Assembly (NCBI GenBank): GCA_050014435.1
Contig: JBEKDI010000058.1
Span: 134 to 64,133 of the forward strand
DNA length: 64,000 bases
Direction of reading: 5' to 3'
DNA from: Verrucomicrobiota bacterium
GTDB taxonomy: Bacteria > Verrucomicrobiota > Verrucomicrobiia > Limisphaerales > Palsa-1400
Position 1 is the first letter of the stretch; each line of letters opens with the position of its first letter. A program made the position numbers and the translations under genes. This document shows positions 36,419 to 46,703 of the stretch, one piece after another. The notes under the pieces are model-generated. The model saw only the letters and a program-made list of their open reading frames with translations, searched no databases and had not been told where the DNA came from.

Positions 36419-38089
36419 TTATTTCGCTTTGTCACGCCAGATGGAAAAGAGCATCAAGGCGCCTCCTATGATGGCTCCGATGACAAAGCTGTTGTATAGA
36501 TGCACCCCTCCAAGGGTCGGTCCTTTTCCGAAAGCGACGATAATGGAAATCCCAACGATTAACGCTGCGGTGATCGCCGACACCGCTAGCCGGTTGGAGG
36601 CTCGGGTCAGGTGCTTTTGAAGTGTTTCAAGCTGGTTGAGGTCGATTCGAACCCTCAGATTGCCGCTTTTAACCGTTTCAATTCCGCGGCGCATCTCTTT
36701 GGGCAGGTCAGCGATTAACTCCAGGTACTGAAAGAGAACTTTAAGCCCGCGTTCCCCTAAAGCTCGCGGGGAGAACTGTTTAATGACCGCCTCCTGAAGG
36801 GTGGGCTGTATGGCCACCATCATGTCAAATGCCGGATCAAGTTTCTTAAATGCCCCCTCCAGGGACACCATCACTTTGAGCAGCATGGCCTGATCCGGGG
36901 GCATAGACAAATGGTTGTTTCGGACCAAACCTAACAAGTCCCCAACCATGGCCGAAAGATTCGTGCGTCCCATGGAATTGCCGGAATACCTGTTCAGAAA
37001 TTCGTCAACGGCTTCCAACAGATCGCCCGAGTTTTCTCCTGCCCTCCCGGACCATTCTAAAAGGATCGTGCAAAGGCCCTCGGCATCATTTTGCATTAAG
37101 GCCTGCAGCAGTTTCATAATCTGGCGCCGCCTGACCTCAGAGAGGCGTCCAATCATGCCAAAGTCGATGAAGGCAATTCGTTCCCCCGGCAAAATGAAGA
37201 AATTTCCGGGGTGCGGATCTGCGTGGAAAATTCCATGCACCATAATCATCTTGAGCACAGCGTCCGCCCCTATTTGGGCGAGGCGTTTGCGGTCCATGCC
37301 TGCTTCATCGATGGCTTGAGTATTCACTCCCGGGATCCCGCCCACGAATTCCTGGACAATAATGCGTTCTCTTGTAAATTCCCAATACACTTTGGGAATC
37401 ACGATGCGATCATTATCTTCGAAGTTGGCCGCCACTTGTTCGGCATTGTGCCCCTCCGTCATGAAGTTGAGTTCATTCTGTAAAGACTTCACAAATTGCT
37501 GGACGACCTTTTGGGGATGATAGGTGGCCAGCTCCGGGATTTCCTTTTCAGCTAACGACGCCAAATAAGTTAGCAGATGCATATCGGATTCAATGCTTGC
37601 CCGGATTCCTGGGCGTTGAATCTTGAGTATTACTTTGGTCCCGTCTTTCAAGGTGGCCCGGTGAACCTGGGCCAACGAAGCGGCAGCCAATGGATTGGGA
37701 TCGACCTCTGCGAAGATTTCTTCAAGGGGGGCTCCCAAATCTTCTTCGATCTGAGGACGAAGCTCTTTGAAGTCCAGGTGTGGCGCCTGCGATTGGAGCT
37801 TTTCGAATTCACTGATCCACTCCGGTCCGAATAAGTCCGGGCGGGTGGCAAGAATTTGACCGAGTTTGACAAAGGTCGGCCCGAGAACTTCAAAGAGCCG
37901 GCGTAAACGCTGCGGACGGTCAAGATGGGCGATGTCTTCTGCATACTTCCACCGTAAAATCTTGCCGGTGCGCTCAGCCGCGGCCTCAAGACCCATGCGT
38001 TTGAAGAGATCGCCGAAGCCGGCAAGACTGAATGCTTTGATGATTACGTGCAGGCGATTTAGATCGGCAATTTTGGATCGGAGTCCCAT
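36419..38089 (-). CDS. ubiB: ABC1/UbiB-family atypical kinase
   Basis: 556 aa. It has LGPTFVKLGQILATRPDL, ...AAASLAQVH.A, HADPHPGN and two C-terminal TM helices. Confidence 0.85.
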   Translation of the reverse strand: MGLRSKIADLNRLHVIIKAFSLAGFGDLFKRMGLEAAAERTGKILRWKYAEDIAHLDRPQRLRRLFEVLGPTFVKLGQILATRPDLFGPEWISEFEKLQSQAPHLDFKELRPQIEEDLGAPLEEIFAEVDPNPLAAASLAQVHRATLKDGTKVILKIQRPGIRASIESDMHLLTYLASLAEKEIPELATYHPQKVVQQFVKSLQNELNFMTEGHNAEQVAANFEDNDRIVIPKVYWEFTRERIIVQEFVGGIPGVNTQAIDEAGMDRKRLAQIGADAVLKMIMVHGIFHADPHPGNFFILPGERIAFIDFGMIGRLSEVRRRQIMKLLQALMQNDAEGLCTILLEWSGRAGENSGDLLEAVDEFLNRYSGNSMGRTNLSAMVGDLLGLVRNNHLSMPPDQAMLLKVMVSLEGAFKKLDPAFDMMVAIQPTLQEAVIKQFSPRALGERGLKVLFQYLELIADLPKEMRRGIETVKSGNLRVRIDLNQLETLQKHLTRASNRLAVSAITAALIVGISIIVAFGKGPTLGGVHLYNSFVIGAIIGGALMLFSIWRDKAK

Positions 38090-38092
38090 CGT

Positions 38093-38590
38093 CTAGCCCT
38101 CCTTTGATTTTTGTTCCTCTTCAGACGGCATACCTTTGATTATTTTCGCTTTCTCTAGAGCGGCCACCTTGCCGAGCCGCCGCAGGTGTCTCTCAGCCTG
38201 GCTGTACTCCGCCGCGAGAAACGTTTGGACCAGGTCCCACGCGACAGCTGGTCCGACAGTCCGGCCGCCCATGCACAGAATGTTCATGTGGTCGTCTTCT
38301 ACCCCTTGCCGGGCGGAAAAATGGTCGTGGATGAGGGAGGCACGGATGCCTGGAATCTTGTTCGCGCAAACCGAAGCCCCCACGCCACTGCCGCAAATCG
38401 CGATGCCGCGCGCCACCTGGCCGGAGGCCACAGCCCTGGCCAGCGGAGTGACATAGTCAGGGTAATCATCATCGGATTTGAGCTTGTGGGATCCGAAATC
38501 AACCACTTCGTGGCCCGTGGCGCGAAGCTGGGCAACCAATTCTTCCTTTAGACCAAAGCCGCCGTGGTCGGTGGCAATTCCTACGCACAT
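38093..38590 (-). CDS. rpiB: Ribose-5-phosphate isomerase B (RpiB/LacAB family) with a ~35-aa charged C-terminal tail
   Basis: The start is at MCVGIATDHGGF. GIAICGSGVGASVCANK is typical of the family. Confidence 0.85.
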   Translation of the reverse strand: MCVGIATDHGGFGLKEELVAQLRATGHEVVDFGSHKLKSDDDYPDYVTPLARAVASGQVARGIAICGSGVGASVCANKIPGIRASLIHDHFSARQGVEDDHMNILCMGGRTVGPAVAWDLVQTFLAAEYSQAERHLRRLGKVAALEKAKIIKGMPSEEEQKSKEG

Positions 38591-38632
38591 ATAGAATCTC
38601 CAGTCATTTGGTACGCTCCAGCGTTGCACCAG

Positions 38633-39673
38633 TTAGTGTTTGTTTGCTGCTTTCTCCAGGTGACCGCCAAAACCAAAGCGCATCGCAGAGAGCAGTTTAT
38701 CCTGGTAATCACCCTCTCCGCGGGAGGCAAACCGTTCGTACAGGGCCGTCGTCAGCACCGGGACAGGCACCCCTTCATCAATCGCGGCCTTGATGGTCCA
38801 ACGACCTTCCCCGGAATCCGAAACTCGGCCCGAAAACCTCGTAAGGCTGGCATCGGCAGCCAGGGCGCCGGCTGTCAGGTCCAATAACCAGGAGGCAATG
38901 ACGCTCCCCCGGCGCCAGACTTCAGAAATATCGGCCAGATTAAGATCGAACTGGTAGTTCTCCGGCCGTCGCAACGGGGTCGTTTCGGCATCGGCCTCTC
39001 GTGGTCTCTTTCCCACGTTGGCGGCTTTCAACACACCGAAGCCCTCGGCGTAGGCGGCCATGATGCCGTATTCAATTCCGTTGTGGACCATTTTGACGAA
39101 ATGCCCGGCCCCGTTCGGGCCGCAATGCAAGTAACCTTGCTCGGCGGTGCCACCGAGTTTCTCGCGACCCGGGGTGCATGGAATATTTCCAGTGCCGGGA
39201 GCCAGCGCGGCAAAAATGGGATCCAAGCGCACGACGATCTCTGATTCCCCGCCGATCATCATGCAATAGCCACGCTCCAATCCCCACACCCCGCCGCTGG
39301 TCCCCACATCCACATAATGGATGCCTTTGGCTGCCAGTTCCTTGGCCCGGCGGATGTCGTCCACGTAGTAGGAGTTGCCTCCGTCGATGAGGATGTCGCC
39401 GGGTTCCAGCAGCGGGATTAGCTCGGAAATCGAGGCATCCACGACTCCGGCCGGAACCATGAGCCAGACCGCGCGGGGCTTCCTGAGTTTATTCACAAAC
39501 TCCGCCACTGAGGCGGCCCCGATTGCCTTCTCTTCGACCAGTTCCGTTACGGCTTCTCGCGAGCGGTCAAAGACCACACATGCGTGTCCGCTCTTCATCA
39601 GGCGGCGCACCATATTGGCACCCATCCGGCCCAGTCCGATCATGCCAAGTTGCATCATTCTCTTCTCGCTCAT
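38633..39673 (-). CDS. gnd: 6-phosphogluconate dehydrogenase, decarboxylating (short-chain type)
   Basis: 346 aa with an N-terminal Rossmann motif ([13 protein letters not shown]) and ...GGNSYY.D..R typical of Gnd. Confidence 0.85.
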   Translation of the reverse strand: MSEKRMMQLGMIGLGRMGANMVRRLMKSGHACVVFDRSREAVTELVEEKAIGAASVAEFVNKLRKPRAVWLMVPAGVVDASISELIPLLEPGDILIDGGNSYYVDDIRRAKELAAKGIHYVDVGTSGGVWGLERGYCMMIGGESEIVVRLDPIFAALAPGTGNIPCTPGREKLGGTAEQGYLHCGPNGAGHFVKMVHNGIEYGIMAAYAEGFGVLKAANVGKRPREADAETTPLRRPENYQFDLNLADISEVWRRGSVIASWLLDLTAGALAADASLTRFSGRVSDSGEGRWTIKAAIDEGVPVPVLTTALYERFASRGEGDYQDKLLSAMRFGFGGHLEKAANKH

Positions 39674-39684
39674 AACTGATGTTC

Positions 39685-40377
39685 CTATTCTTTCTTGGAA
39701 TTTATTGCGTCATTGGCCGCGCTCTGCAGCCGTTTCAAAGCGGCAGCCACCCCTTGGTTGTGACCGAAGATCGAGTTCCCGGCTACGAGGACATTCGCGC
39801 CCGCCGCCACACCCAGTGGAGCCGTTGTCTCATCAATCCCGCCATCCAGCTCGAGTTCGCATCCAAGCTTTACTTGTTGAATAATGCGCCGCACGCGTTG
39901 GATCTTCGCCAATATCGAGTGGATAAAATGTTGATGCCCGAAGCCAGGATTGACGGTCATCACCAGTACCAGGTCCAGGTCAGGCAGCACCTCCTCCAGC
40001 ACCGAAGCCGGCGTCGCAGGGTTGATGGCCAAACCGACCCGTTTGCCCAAGTCTTTAACCCGGTGAAGCGTCCGATGCAGATTGTTATTGCCCTCCCAAT
40101 GCACGATGAAGGAATCGGAGCCGGCCTCGACGAATTCATCGATAAAGAAGTCCGGGGCGGAAATCATCAGATGGGTTTCCAGAGGCAAGCGCGTCACCTG
40201 GCGAAGCGATTTGACGATTGGCGCGCCCATCGAAATGTTGGGCACGAAATGGCCGTCCATCACGTCCACGTGGATGCGGTCTGCCCCGCAGCGTTCTGCT
40301 TCGGCTACTTGCTCGCCCAAGCGGGCGAAATCGGACGCGAGAATTGAAGGTGCAATTTTGACGGCGTTTTGAGGCAT
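39685..40377 (-). CDS. rpe: Ribulose-phosphate 3-epimerase
   Basis: 230 aa. [23 protein letters not shown] and [10 protein letters not shown] are present. Confidence 0.9.
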   Translation of the reverse strand: MPQNAVKIAPSILASDFARLGEQVAEAERCGADRIHVDVMDGHFVPNISMGAPIVKSLRQVTRLPLETHLMISAPDFFIDEFVEAGSDSFIVHWEGNNNLHRTLHRVKDLGKRVGLAINPATPASVLEEVLPDLDLVLVMTVNPGFGHQHFIHSILAKIQRVRRIIQQVKLGCELELDGGIDETTAPLGVAAGANVLVAGNSIFGHNQGVAAALKRLQSAANDAINSKKE

Positions 40378-40397
40378 GGGAGTTTGGTCCTGTTGGT

Positions 40398-41357
40398 TTA
40401 CGCGGCAACTTTTACACCCTTCCGCTCGGCTGTGATACGCTTCCTTGGTACCTGCTTCACCGTGGAGGCCTCAAAGATGCTCTGAACGGCGCTATCCAGA
40501 AGGGCGTTAAACTCGCCATCGGATTGCTGCGCTGTCAATCCCTCAACCAAAGCCCGCGAAAAGCTCGCGACGACGCCCCGATTCCTGCGCAGGCGTGCGT
40601 TGGCTTCGGCCCGCGAGTAACCTCCCGATAACGCAAGCACCCTTACCACCTTGGGATGTCTGACGCACTCGGCATAAAAATCGGCTTGCTCCGGCAGAGT
40701 GAGTTTGAGGAAGACCAGTTGTCCGGGAGGCAACCTATCAAGTTTTTCGAGTATAAAGATTTTAAGGAAGGCCTCGGCTCTGGATTTCTCGGGGCAATCA
40801 ATATCCACTTCCGGTTCGACGATGGGCACCAAGCCCGCTGCAAGGATTTGCGCGGCTACCTCGAACTGCTGATCTACGATGTCTCTAATTCCAGCGAGGT
40901 TGAGCTTGTTGATCACCGAACGCATCTTGGTGCCGAAAATGCCCTTCGATTTGGCTTTTCTGAGGAGCGTGTCGAGCTGAGGCATAGGTTTCATCAAGCG
41001 CACGCCGTTTTTCTCCTCCGCAAGGCCGTTGTCCACTTTCAGGAACGGGACGATTCGTTTCACATTCCAGAGATAGTCCGCCGTGGGCTGCCCCTGGATG
41101 TCCCTATCCATGGTGTTCTCAAAAAGGATGGCGCCAAGGATCCTGTCGCCGTTGAAGCTGGGGCTGGTGATGATGCGGGTGCGCATCCGATGCACGATCG
41201 CAAACATTTCATCTTCGTCGGGCCACGATCCCTCTTTGATGCCATAAGCAGCTAATGCTTTGGGCATGCTGCCACCACTTTGGTCCAACGCGGCAACAAA
41301 GCCGCGTTGGTTTTTCATTTTCTCCAGTTGTTGTTCGTTAAAGCCAGGTGCATTCAT
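40398..41357 (-). CDS. fda: Fructose-bisphosphate aldolase, class I (bacterial Fda type)
   Basis: 319 aa. QLEKMKNQRGFVAALDQSGGS.PKAL and ILGAILFE.TMDR closely resemble staphylococcal-type class I aldolases. Confidence 0.85.
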   Translation of the reverse strand: MNAPGFNEQQLEKMKNQRGFVAALDQSGGSMPKALAAYGIKEGSWPDEDEMFAIVHRMRTRIITSPSFNGDRILGAILFENTMDRDIQGQPTADYLWNVKRIVPFLKVDNGLAEEKNGVRLMKPMPQLDTLLRKAKSKGIFGTKMRSVINKLNLAGIRDIVDQQFEVAAQILAAGLVPIVEPEVDIDCPEKSRAEAFLKIFILEKLDRLPPGQLVFLKLTLPEQADFYAECVRHPKVVRVLALSGGYSRAEANARLRRNRGVVASFSRALVEGLTAQQSDGEFNALLDSAVQSIFEASTVKQVPRKRITAERKGVKVAA

Positions 41358-41390
41358 AAGGTTTCTTTCTTTGAAGGTTGCTGCGGATTC

Positions 41391-42476
41391 CTAAGCCGCC
41401 CGCTTGAGCGCCTCGCTCTTGGAGGCAATCACGTCGAGCAATTCCTCCCAGGACTTCACGAAGGCCTTGGCGCCTTCGATCTGAAGCTGAGTTGCCAAGG
41501 CGCCAAACTTGACGCCAGCCTCGCTGAACCGCGCCAACACCGTCTCCCAATCGCCTCCGTCGGCGGACATGATCGAGGTGAGTTCGCCGTGATCGGCCAG
41601 GGCCAGTAACGTGGCTTCCGGCATGGTGTTGACAGTGAACGTGGCCGCCAGCGCTTTGATATAGAGCACGTCTGAGGCTCTAGGGTCCTTGGTCCCTGTG
41701 CTGGCCCATAGCAAGCGTTGCGGCCGGGCACCGGCGTTAAATGCGCTCTGCCAACGAGGCGAGTCCAGAAGCTCCCGGTAGGCTTTGTAAGTGCGGTTGG
41801 CCATTGCGATCCCGAGCTGGTTGTTTAATTCCGTAGGGACTTTGCCGGCCACCGCGCCATCCCAACGGCTGATGAATACCGATGCGACCGAACCGACGTC
41901 CGGCTTGAGTCCCGCCGCGATACGCCGCTCGATGCCGCGCATGAAGGCGTCTGCCGCCGCGAGATATTGCTCCCGTGAAAACAGGAGCGTTACGTTTACG
42001 GGTACGCCAGCGAAGATCGCTTCTTCAATGGCTGGCAAGCTCTCTTTTGTGCCGGGTATCTTGATGAACACGTTGGGCCGTGCTGCGCGGGCGCGCAATT
42101 CCTTGGCGGCGGCCAGTGTGCTGGCGGCGTCGTAGGCCAGGACCGGTGACACTTCCAGGGAAACCCATCCATCCATGCCGTTGGTCCGGTCGAAGGTTGG
42201 GCGGAAAAGATCCGCCGCCCGGCTGATGTCCTCGAGCGCCATCTCGAAAAACAGCGGTTCACCGGATTGCCCTTGGGCGAGCCGGTCCCGAATCGCCGTA
42301 TCGTAGGCCCTGCTGTTCTTGATGGCGTGGTCGAAAATCGTCGGGTTCGAGGTCAGACCGGTGACGGAGAGCTCCTCAATGTAGCGCTTGAGCGTCCCCG
42401 TGTTGAGCAAGTCGCGGGTGATGTTGTCGAGCCAGAGGCTCTGGCCAAGGTTGTATAGTAGTTTAGTCGCTTTCAT
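41391..42476 (-). CDS. tal: Transaldolase (long form)
   Basis: 361 aa. GQSLWLDNITR, VTGLTSNPTIF, VSLEV and FIKIPGT are present. Confidence 0.9.
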   Translation of the reverse strand: MKATKLLYNLGQSLWLDNITRDLLNTGTLKRYIEELSVTGLTSNPTIFDHAIKNSRAYDTAIRDRLAQGQSGEPLFFEMALEDISRAADLFRPTFDRTNGMDGWVSLEVSPVLAYDAASTLAAAKELRARAARPNVFIKIPGTKESLPAIEEAIFAGVPVNVTLLFSREQYLAAADAFMRGIERRIAAGLKPDVGSVASVFISRWDGAVAGKVPTELNNQLGIAMANRTYKAYRELLDSPRWQSAFNAGARPQRLLWASTGTKDPRASDVLYIKALAATFTVNTMPEATLLALADHGELTSIMSADGGDWETVLARFSEAGVKFGALATQLQIEGAKAFVKSWEELLDVIASKSEALKRAA

Positions 42477-42489
42477 ATTTTTTCTTTTT

Positions 42490-44076
42490 TCAAAGCACGG
42501 CTTCCTGGGTTTGGGTTCCGGCCATTATTCCTGCCATGCGCCCGGCGGAAATTGTCAGTTCACGAAGCCGCTCGAGAATTGAGGGCTGGAGCATCTCTTC
42601 CGTGCAGCGCCAGCGCCAATTGCCAGCGGCGACGCCGGGCACGTTCATGCGGCCCTCCACACCCAGATTCAACAAGTCTTGCAGTGGAGCGATTGCGAGG
42701 CCCGACTTCGAGAACCACACTGAACGGATAAAGTCCCAGGCGACTTCGGCACTCCCGCCGCCGGCCTTTACCGCGTAACTCCTGGCAGCCTGGCGAACAT
42801 TTTCCGGCAGAGATTCAAACCAGGCGCGAGTGGTGGTGTTATCGTGCGTCCCCGTGTAAGCAACGGTGTTTGGGCTGTAATTATGGGGGAGATGCGGATT
42901 ATCGGAACGGCCATCGAAGCCGAACTGGAACACTCGGATTCCGGGCAACTCAAATTTATCGCGAAGCGCAACCACATCCGGCGTGATGATACCAAGGTCT
43001 TCGGCAATGAACGGCAGATGGCCCAACTCCGCCCGGACGGCCTCGAAGAAAGCCGCGCCGGGCCCGGTGACCCAATGCCCGGGTTCAGCGGTTTGAGCGG
43101 TCGGGGGAACCTGCCAAGCGGCGCAAAACGCTCGGAAGTGGTCGAGCCGAACCAGGTCTACGTGGGCCAACAACGACTTCAGGCGGTCAATGCACCAGCG
43201 ATAGTTCGAGCGGTGAAGGGATCTCCAGTCATACACCGGGTTGCCCCAGAGCTGCCCTTTGGCACTGAAATAATCCGGGGGTACGCCGGCGACGAACTGC
43301 GGCCGGAGATTGGCATCGAGCTGGAACCACTGGGGATTGGCCCAAACATCGCTCGAATCGAGCGACACGAAGAAAGGCAGATCCCCGATAAGGAGCACGC
43401 CGCGTTTGTGAGCATATTCTTTCAAGCGGCTTCCTTGGCGGGACAGCAAGAACTGCCCAAACCGGCTTTCGTTGATTCGGTAGGCCAGGTCGCGGCGCGC
43501 GCGTGCCATGGCCGAAGGACTGCGCCTGCGCAAGTCGTCCGGCCAGTCGAGGACGTTCGCGCCTCCCAAGCGCAACTTCAACGCGCGGAATAGAGCATAG
43601 TCGTCCAGCCAATGAGTCTCTTCCGAACAGAATTGCTCAAATTCCGCCCGTAACGCCGGGCGCGCGAACGAGTCGAAATTGCGCCAAGCCTGATCGAGCA
43701 ACCGGTGCTTGAAAGCGATTACCGTGTCAAAATCGACTGCGCTCTTTGGGAGGTACCGGCCTGACTCACAATCGGTTGGGCTGAGCAATCCGTCCTCGAT
43801 CAAGAAGTCTGGGCTGACCAGCAGCGCATTGCCCGCAAAAGACGACAGGCATGAGTAAGGCGAGTTGCCACACCCGGTGGGGCCCAAGGGCAACGCTTGC
43901 CACCACCTCTGGCCGGCATCGTGGAGCCGGTCCACCCACGCAAAGGCCGCCGGCCCCACATCCCCAATGCCGTAAGGCGACGGCAGCGAGGTCACATGCA
44001 TCAACACACCGGAGGCATGACAGCCGGGCCTGAATGGCGGAAGCGCGACTTGATGTTCGGAGAGGGAGCTGTTCAT
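42490..44076 (-). CDS. malQ: 4-alpha-glucanotransferase (amylomaltase)
   Basis: The GH77 pattern is present (GVLMHVTSLPSPYGIGD..., DLPFFVS.DS.DVW, GVPPDYFS..GQLWGNP). The ATG at 44076 overlaps the glgP stop (ATGA). An upstream ATG at 44088 is the alternative. Confidence 0.9.
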   Translation of the reverse strand: MNSSLSEHQVALPPFRPGCHASGVLMHVTSLPSPYGIGDVGPAAFAWVDRLHDAGQRWWQALPLGPTGCGNSPYSCLSSFAGNALLVSPDFLIEDGLLSPTDCESGRYLPKSAVDFDTVIAFKHRLLDQAWRNFDSFARPALRAEFEQFCSEETHWLDDYALFRALKLRLGGANVLDWPDDLRRRSPSAMARARRDLAYRINESRFGQFLLSRQGSRLKEYAHKRGVLLIGDLPFFVSLDSSDVWANPQWFQLDANLRPQFVAGVPPDYFSAKGQLWGNPVYDWRSLHRSNYRWCIDRLKSLLAHVDLVRLDHFRAFCAAWQVPPTAQTAEPGHWVTGPGAAFFEAVRAELGHLPFIAEDLGIITPDVVALRDKFELPGIRVFQFGFDGRSDNPHLPHNYSPNTVAYTGTHDNTTTRAWFESLPENVRQAARSYAVKAGGGSAEVAWDFIRSVWFSKSGLAIAPLQDLLNLGVEGRMNVPGVAAGNWRWRCTEEMLQPSILERLRELTISAGRMAGIMAGTQTQEAVL

Positions 44077-46673
44077 GATACCGGGCACGGTTGCACCTTC
44101 CAGATTTCGGTTGCGTACTGGGCGATGGTGCGGTCGCTGGAAAACTTCCCAGAACCGGCCACGTTTAAGATCGCCTTACCAGCCCACTCGTTGGGTTCGC
44201 CGTACAAACCCACCAGACGCTGATCGGCCTCAAGGTAGGATTTCAAGTCGGCCAGATGCATGTAGTAGTCACCGTGGGCCAGGAGCGCATCCAGGATGGG
44301 GGAGAAAATGCCCTGCTCTTTTGGGCTGAAATGGTTCGACGCGATCAAATCCAAGGCCAGGCGTGTTTCCGGTTCGTTTTCGTAATGCCAGCGCGGATTG
44401 TACCAGCCGCGCGTCGTGGCCACTTGCTCCGCTGTTAGGCCAAACAGGAAAAAGTATTCCTCGCCGGCCTGCTGAACCATTTCGATGGTTGCCCCATCGC
44501 GTGTCCCAATCGTCAGGGCGCCATTCATCATGAATTTCATGTTGCTTGTGCCGCTGGCCTCGTAGCCAGCGGTCGAGATTTGATTCGACACGTCACTGGC
44601 CGGGATGAGCCGCTCGGCCAAACTCACGCAGTACTCCGGCAAGAACACCACGTTGAGCCGACCTCGCACCGCCGGGTCCACGTCAATGACAGCGGAGAGG
44701 TTGTTGATGAACTTGATGATGAGCTTGGCCAGGTGGTAGGCGGGTGCCGCCTTGCCCGCGAAGAAAAATGTCCGCGGAGGCTGTTCGAGCCTGGGATTGG
44801 CACGCAGGCGGTTGTAGAACACAACGACGCGCAGCGCGTTGAGCAATTGCCGCTTGTATTCATGGATACGCTTAATCTGGCAATCGAAGATGGTGTCCGG
44901 ATCAATGGCCTGGCCCGTCGTTGATTTCAGCCAGTCGGCGAATTTCACTTTGGCCTGGCGTTTGGCGTCGCGGAACGACTCCTGAAAGCTCGCATCGGTG
45001 GCCAATGGTTTGAGCCTTCTCAACTCGTCGAGACTGACAACCCAGCGATCTCCGATCGCCTCGGTGATGGCACGCGCCAGGGGCGGGTTGGCCAGCAACA
45101 ACCAACGCCGGGGTGTGACGCCATTGGTCTTGTTGTTAAACCGTTCAGGATAGATTTCGGCCAAATCCTTTACCGTAACCGTCCGCAGCAAGCCCGAATG
45201 AATTGCCGCCACGCCGTTGGTGCTGTGGGAGCCGACAATGGCGAGATTGGCCATGCGGACTTTCTGAATTGGCCCTTCTTCTATCAGGCTGACGTTTGCC
45301 ACCCGCGTTTCGTCCCCAGGGTAACGCAGCCGAACGTCATCCAGGAGCCGGCGGTTGATCTCGAAAATAATCTCCAAATGGCGCGGCAGCATGTCCTGAA
45401 ACCACTGGACTGGCCATTTCTCGAGTGCTTCCGGAAGCAGGGTATGGTTGGTGTAAGCCAACACTTTCCTGGTTAACTCCCAAGCCTGGTCCCAGCCGAG
45501 ATGTGCCTCATCAAGCAATATCCGCATCAACTCCGGCACCGCCATCGAGGGATGGGTGTCATTGAGTTGGATCGCCACCTTCTCCGGGAGTTGATCCCAG
45601 TCATCGTTACTCTTGCGGAAGCGCCGCACCAAGTCCCCCAGGGAACAGGCAACCAGGAAATATTCCTGAATAAAGCGCAGGCCCTGGCCAAAGCTGGTTG
45701 AATCGTCCGGATAGAGCACCCGTGTGAGCGATTCCGCGGCCAAAGTCTTCGCGACGGCGCTGACGAAATCACCGTGACTGAATACCTTAAAATCGAACGA
45801 GTCGGGGGTGGTTGCCGCCCAAAGACGGAGGGTGTTTATGGTCTTGCCGCCAAAGCCTATGACAGGCCGGTCGTACGGCACACCGATTAATTTCGAGGGC
45901 CGTCCGGGAATGGGTTGCAGGCTCCCGCCTCGCACCTCGAACGAGCAGTTCAACGGCACTTCAATTTTCTCCCGAGGCCGAGCCACCTCCCAAGGGTCCG
46001 GGTTGCGCAACCAATTGTCGGGTTGTTCCTGTTGCCAGCCGCCTTGGATGGTCTGTTTGAAGATGCCGTATTCATAGCGAAGCCCATAGCCCATTGCGGG
46101 GAGGGCCATGGTGGCCATGGAATCCAGAAAGCACGCCGCCAAACGTCCCAGCCCGCCGTTGCCCAGACCTGCGTCCGGCTCCTGTTCTAGGAGGTCCACC
46201 GGATCAATATGCTCCTGCTTCGCCGCTTGCCTGACGAACGGGTCGAGCAGGAGATTGGTAAGGTTATTGGCGAGCGAGCGCCCAATCAGGTACTCCATCG
46301 AGAGGTAGTAAACGCGCTTGGGGTTTCTCCGGTCGTAGTGTTCTTCGGTGCGGACCCAGCGTTGTGACAGGAGGTCGCGCACTGAGCGCGCCAGCGCCTC
46401 GAAACGCTCGCGCGACCCGGCGGCTCCAAGTGCCATGACATTGTCAAAAATAAGGTGCCGCTCATAAGAGGCATTGCCTGAACCCGAGAACTGAACGGGG
46501 CCACAGCCGTACTGCTCCAGGAGTTCCGCCTCTGCCATTCGGTTAGCTCCATTGCTAAGCGTGCAGACTTCTTCTGACGAGCGCTGCGCTTTTGCCTTGG
46601 ATCGTTTAGATTTGGGCAATGGTTCTTGGGTCTGACTCCTTGGAGAGATCGGTTTCTGTATTGTGCTATTCAT
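44073..46673 (-). CDS. glgP: Glycogen/starch phosphorylase
   Basis: 866 aa with GT35 motifs: GNGGLGRLAACFLDS, NDTHP, and EASGTSNMKFMMNG (the PLP lysine region). Confidence 0.95.
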   Translation of the reverse strand: MNSTIQKPISPRSQTQEPLPKSKRSKAKAQRSSEEVCTLSNGANRMAEAELLEQYGCGPVQFSGSGNASYERHLIFDNVMALGAAGSRERFEALARSVRDLLSQRWVRTEEHYDRRNPKRVYYLSMEYLIGRSLANNLTNLLLDPFVRQAAKQEHIDPVDLLEQEPDAGLGNGGLGRLAACFLDSMATMALPAMGYGLRYEYGIFKQTIQGGWQQEQPDNWLRNPDPWEVARPREKIEVPLNCSFEVRGGSLQPIPGRPSKLIGVPYDRPVIGFGGKTINTLRLWAATTPDSFDFKVFSHGDFVSAVAKTLAAESLTRVLYPDDSTSFGQGLRFIQEYFLVACSLGDLVRRFRKSNDDWDQLPEKVAIQLNDTHPSMAVPELMRILLDEAHLGWDQAWELTRKVLAYTNHTLLPEALEKWPVQWFQDMLPRHLEIIFEINRRLLDDVRLRYPGDETRVANVSLIEEGPIQKVRMANLAIVGSHSTNGVAAIHSGLLRTVTVKDLAEIYPERFNNKTNGVTPRRWLLLANPPLARAITEAIGDRWVVSLDELRRLKPLATDASFQESFRDAKRQAKVKFADWLKSTTGQAIDPDTIFDCQIKRIHEYKRQLLNALRVVVFYNRLRANPRLEQPPRTFFFAGKAAPAYHLAKLIIKFINNLSAVIDVDPAVRGRLNVVFLPEYCVSLAERLIPASDVSNQISTAGYEASGTSNMKFMMNGALTIGTRDGATIEMVQQAGEEYFFLFGLTAEQVATTRGWYNPRWHYENEPETRLALDLIASNHFSPKEQGIFSPILDALLAHGDYYMHLADLKSYLEADQRLVGLYGEPNEWAGKAILNVAGSGKFSSDRTIAQYATEIWKVQPCPVS

Positions 46674-46703
46674 ATCGTCCTTTTCAACTTGGCATGCTGC
46701 AGA

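Noticed and set aside
36628-36650. GATTCGAACC, the reverse complement of a tRNA T-arm consensus. Similar strings occur near 24975 and 7665.
   Set aside because: All lie inside well-supported protein-coding genes, and no acceptor, D or anticodon arms can be folded around them.
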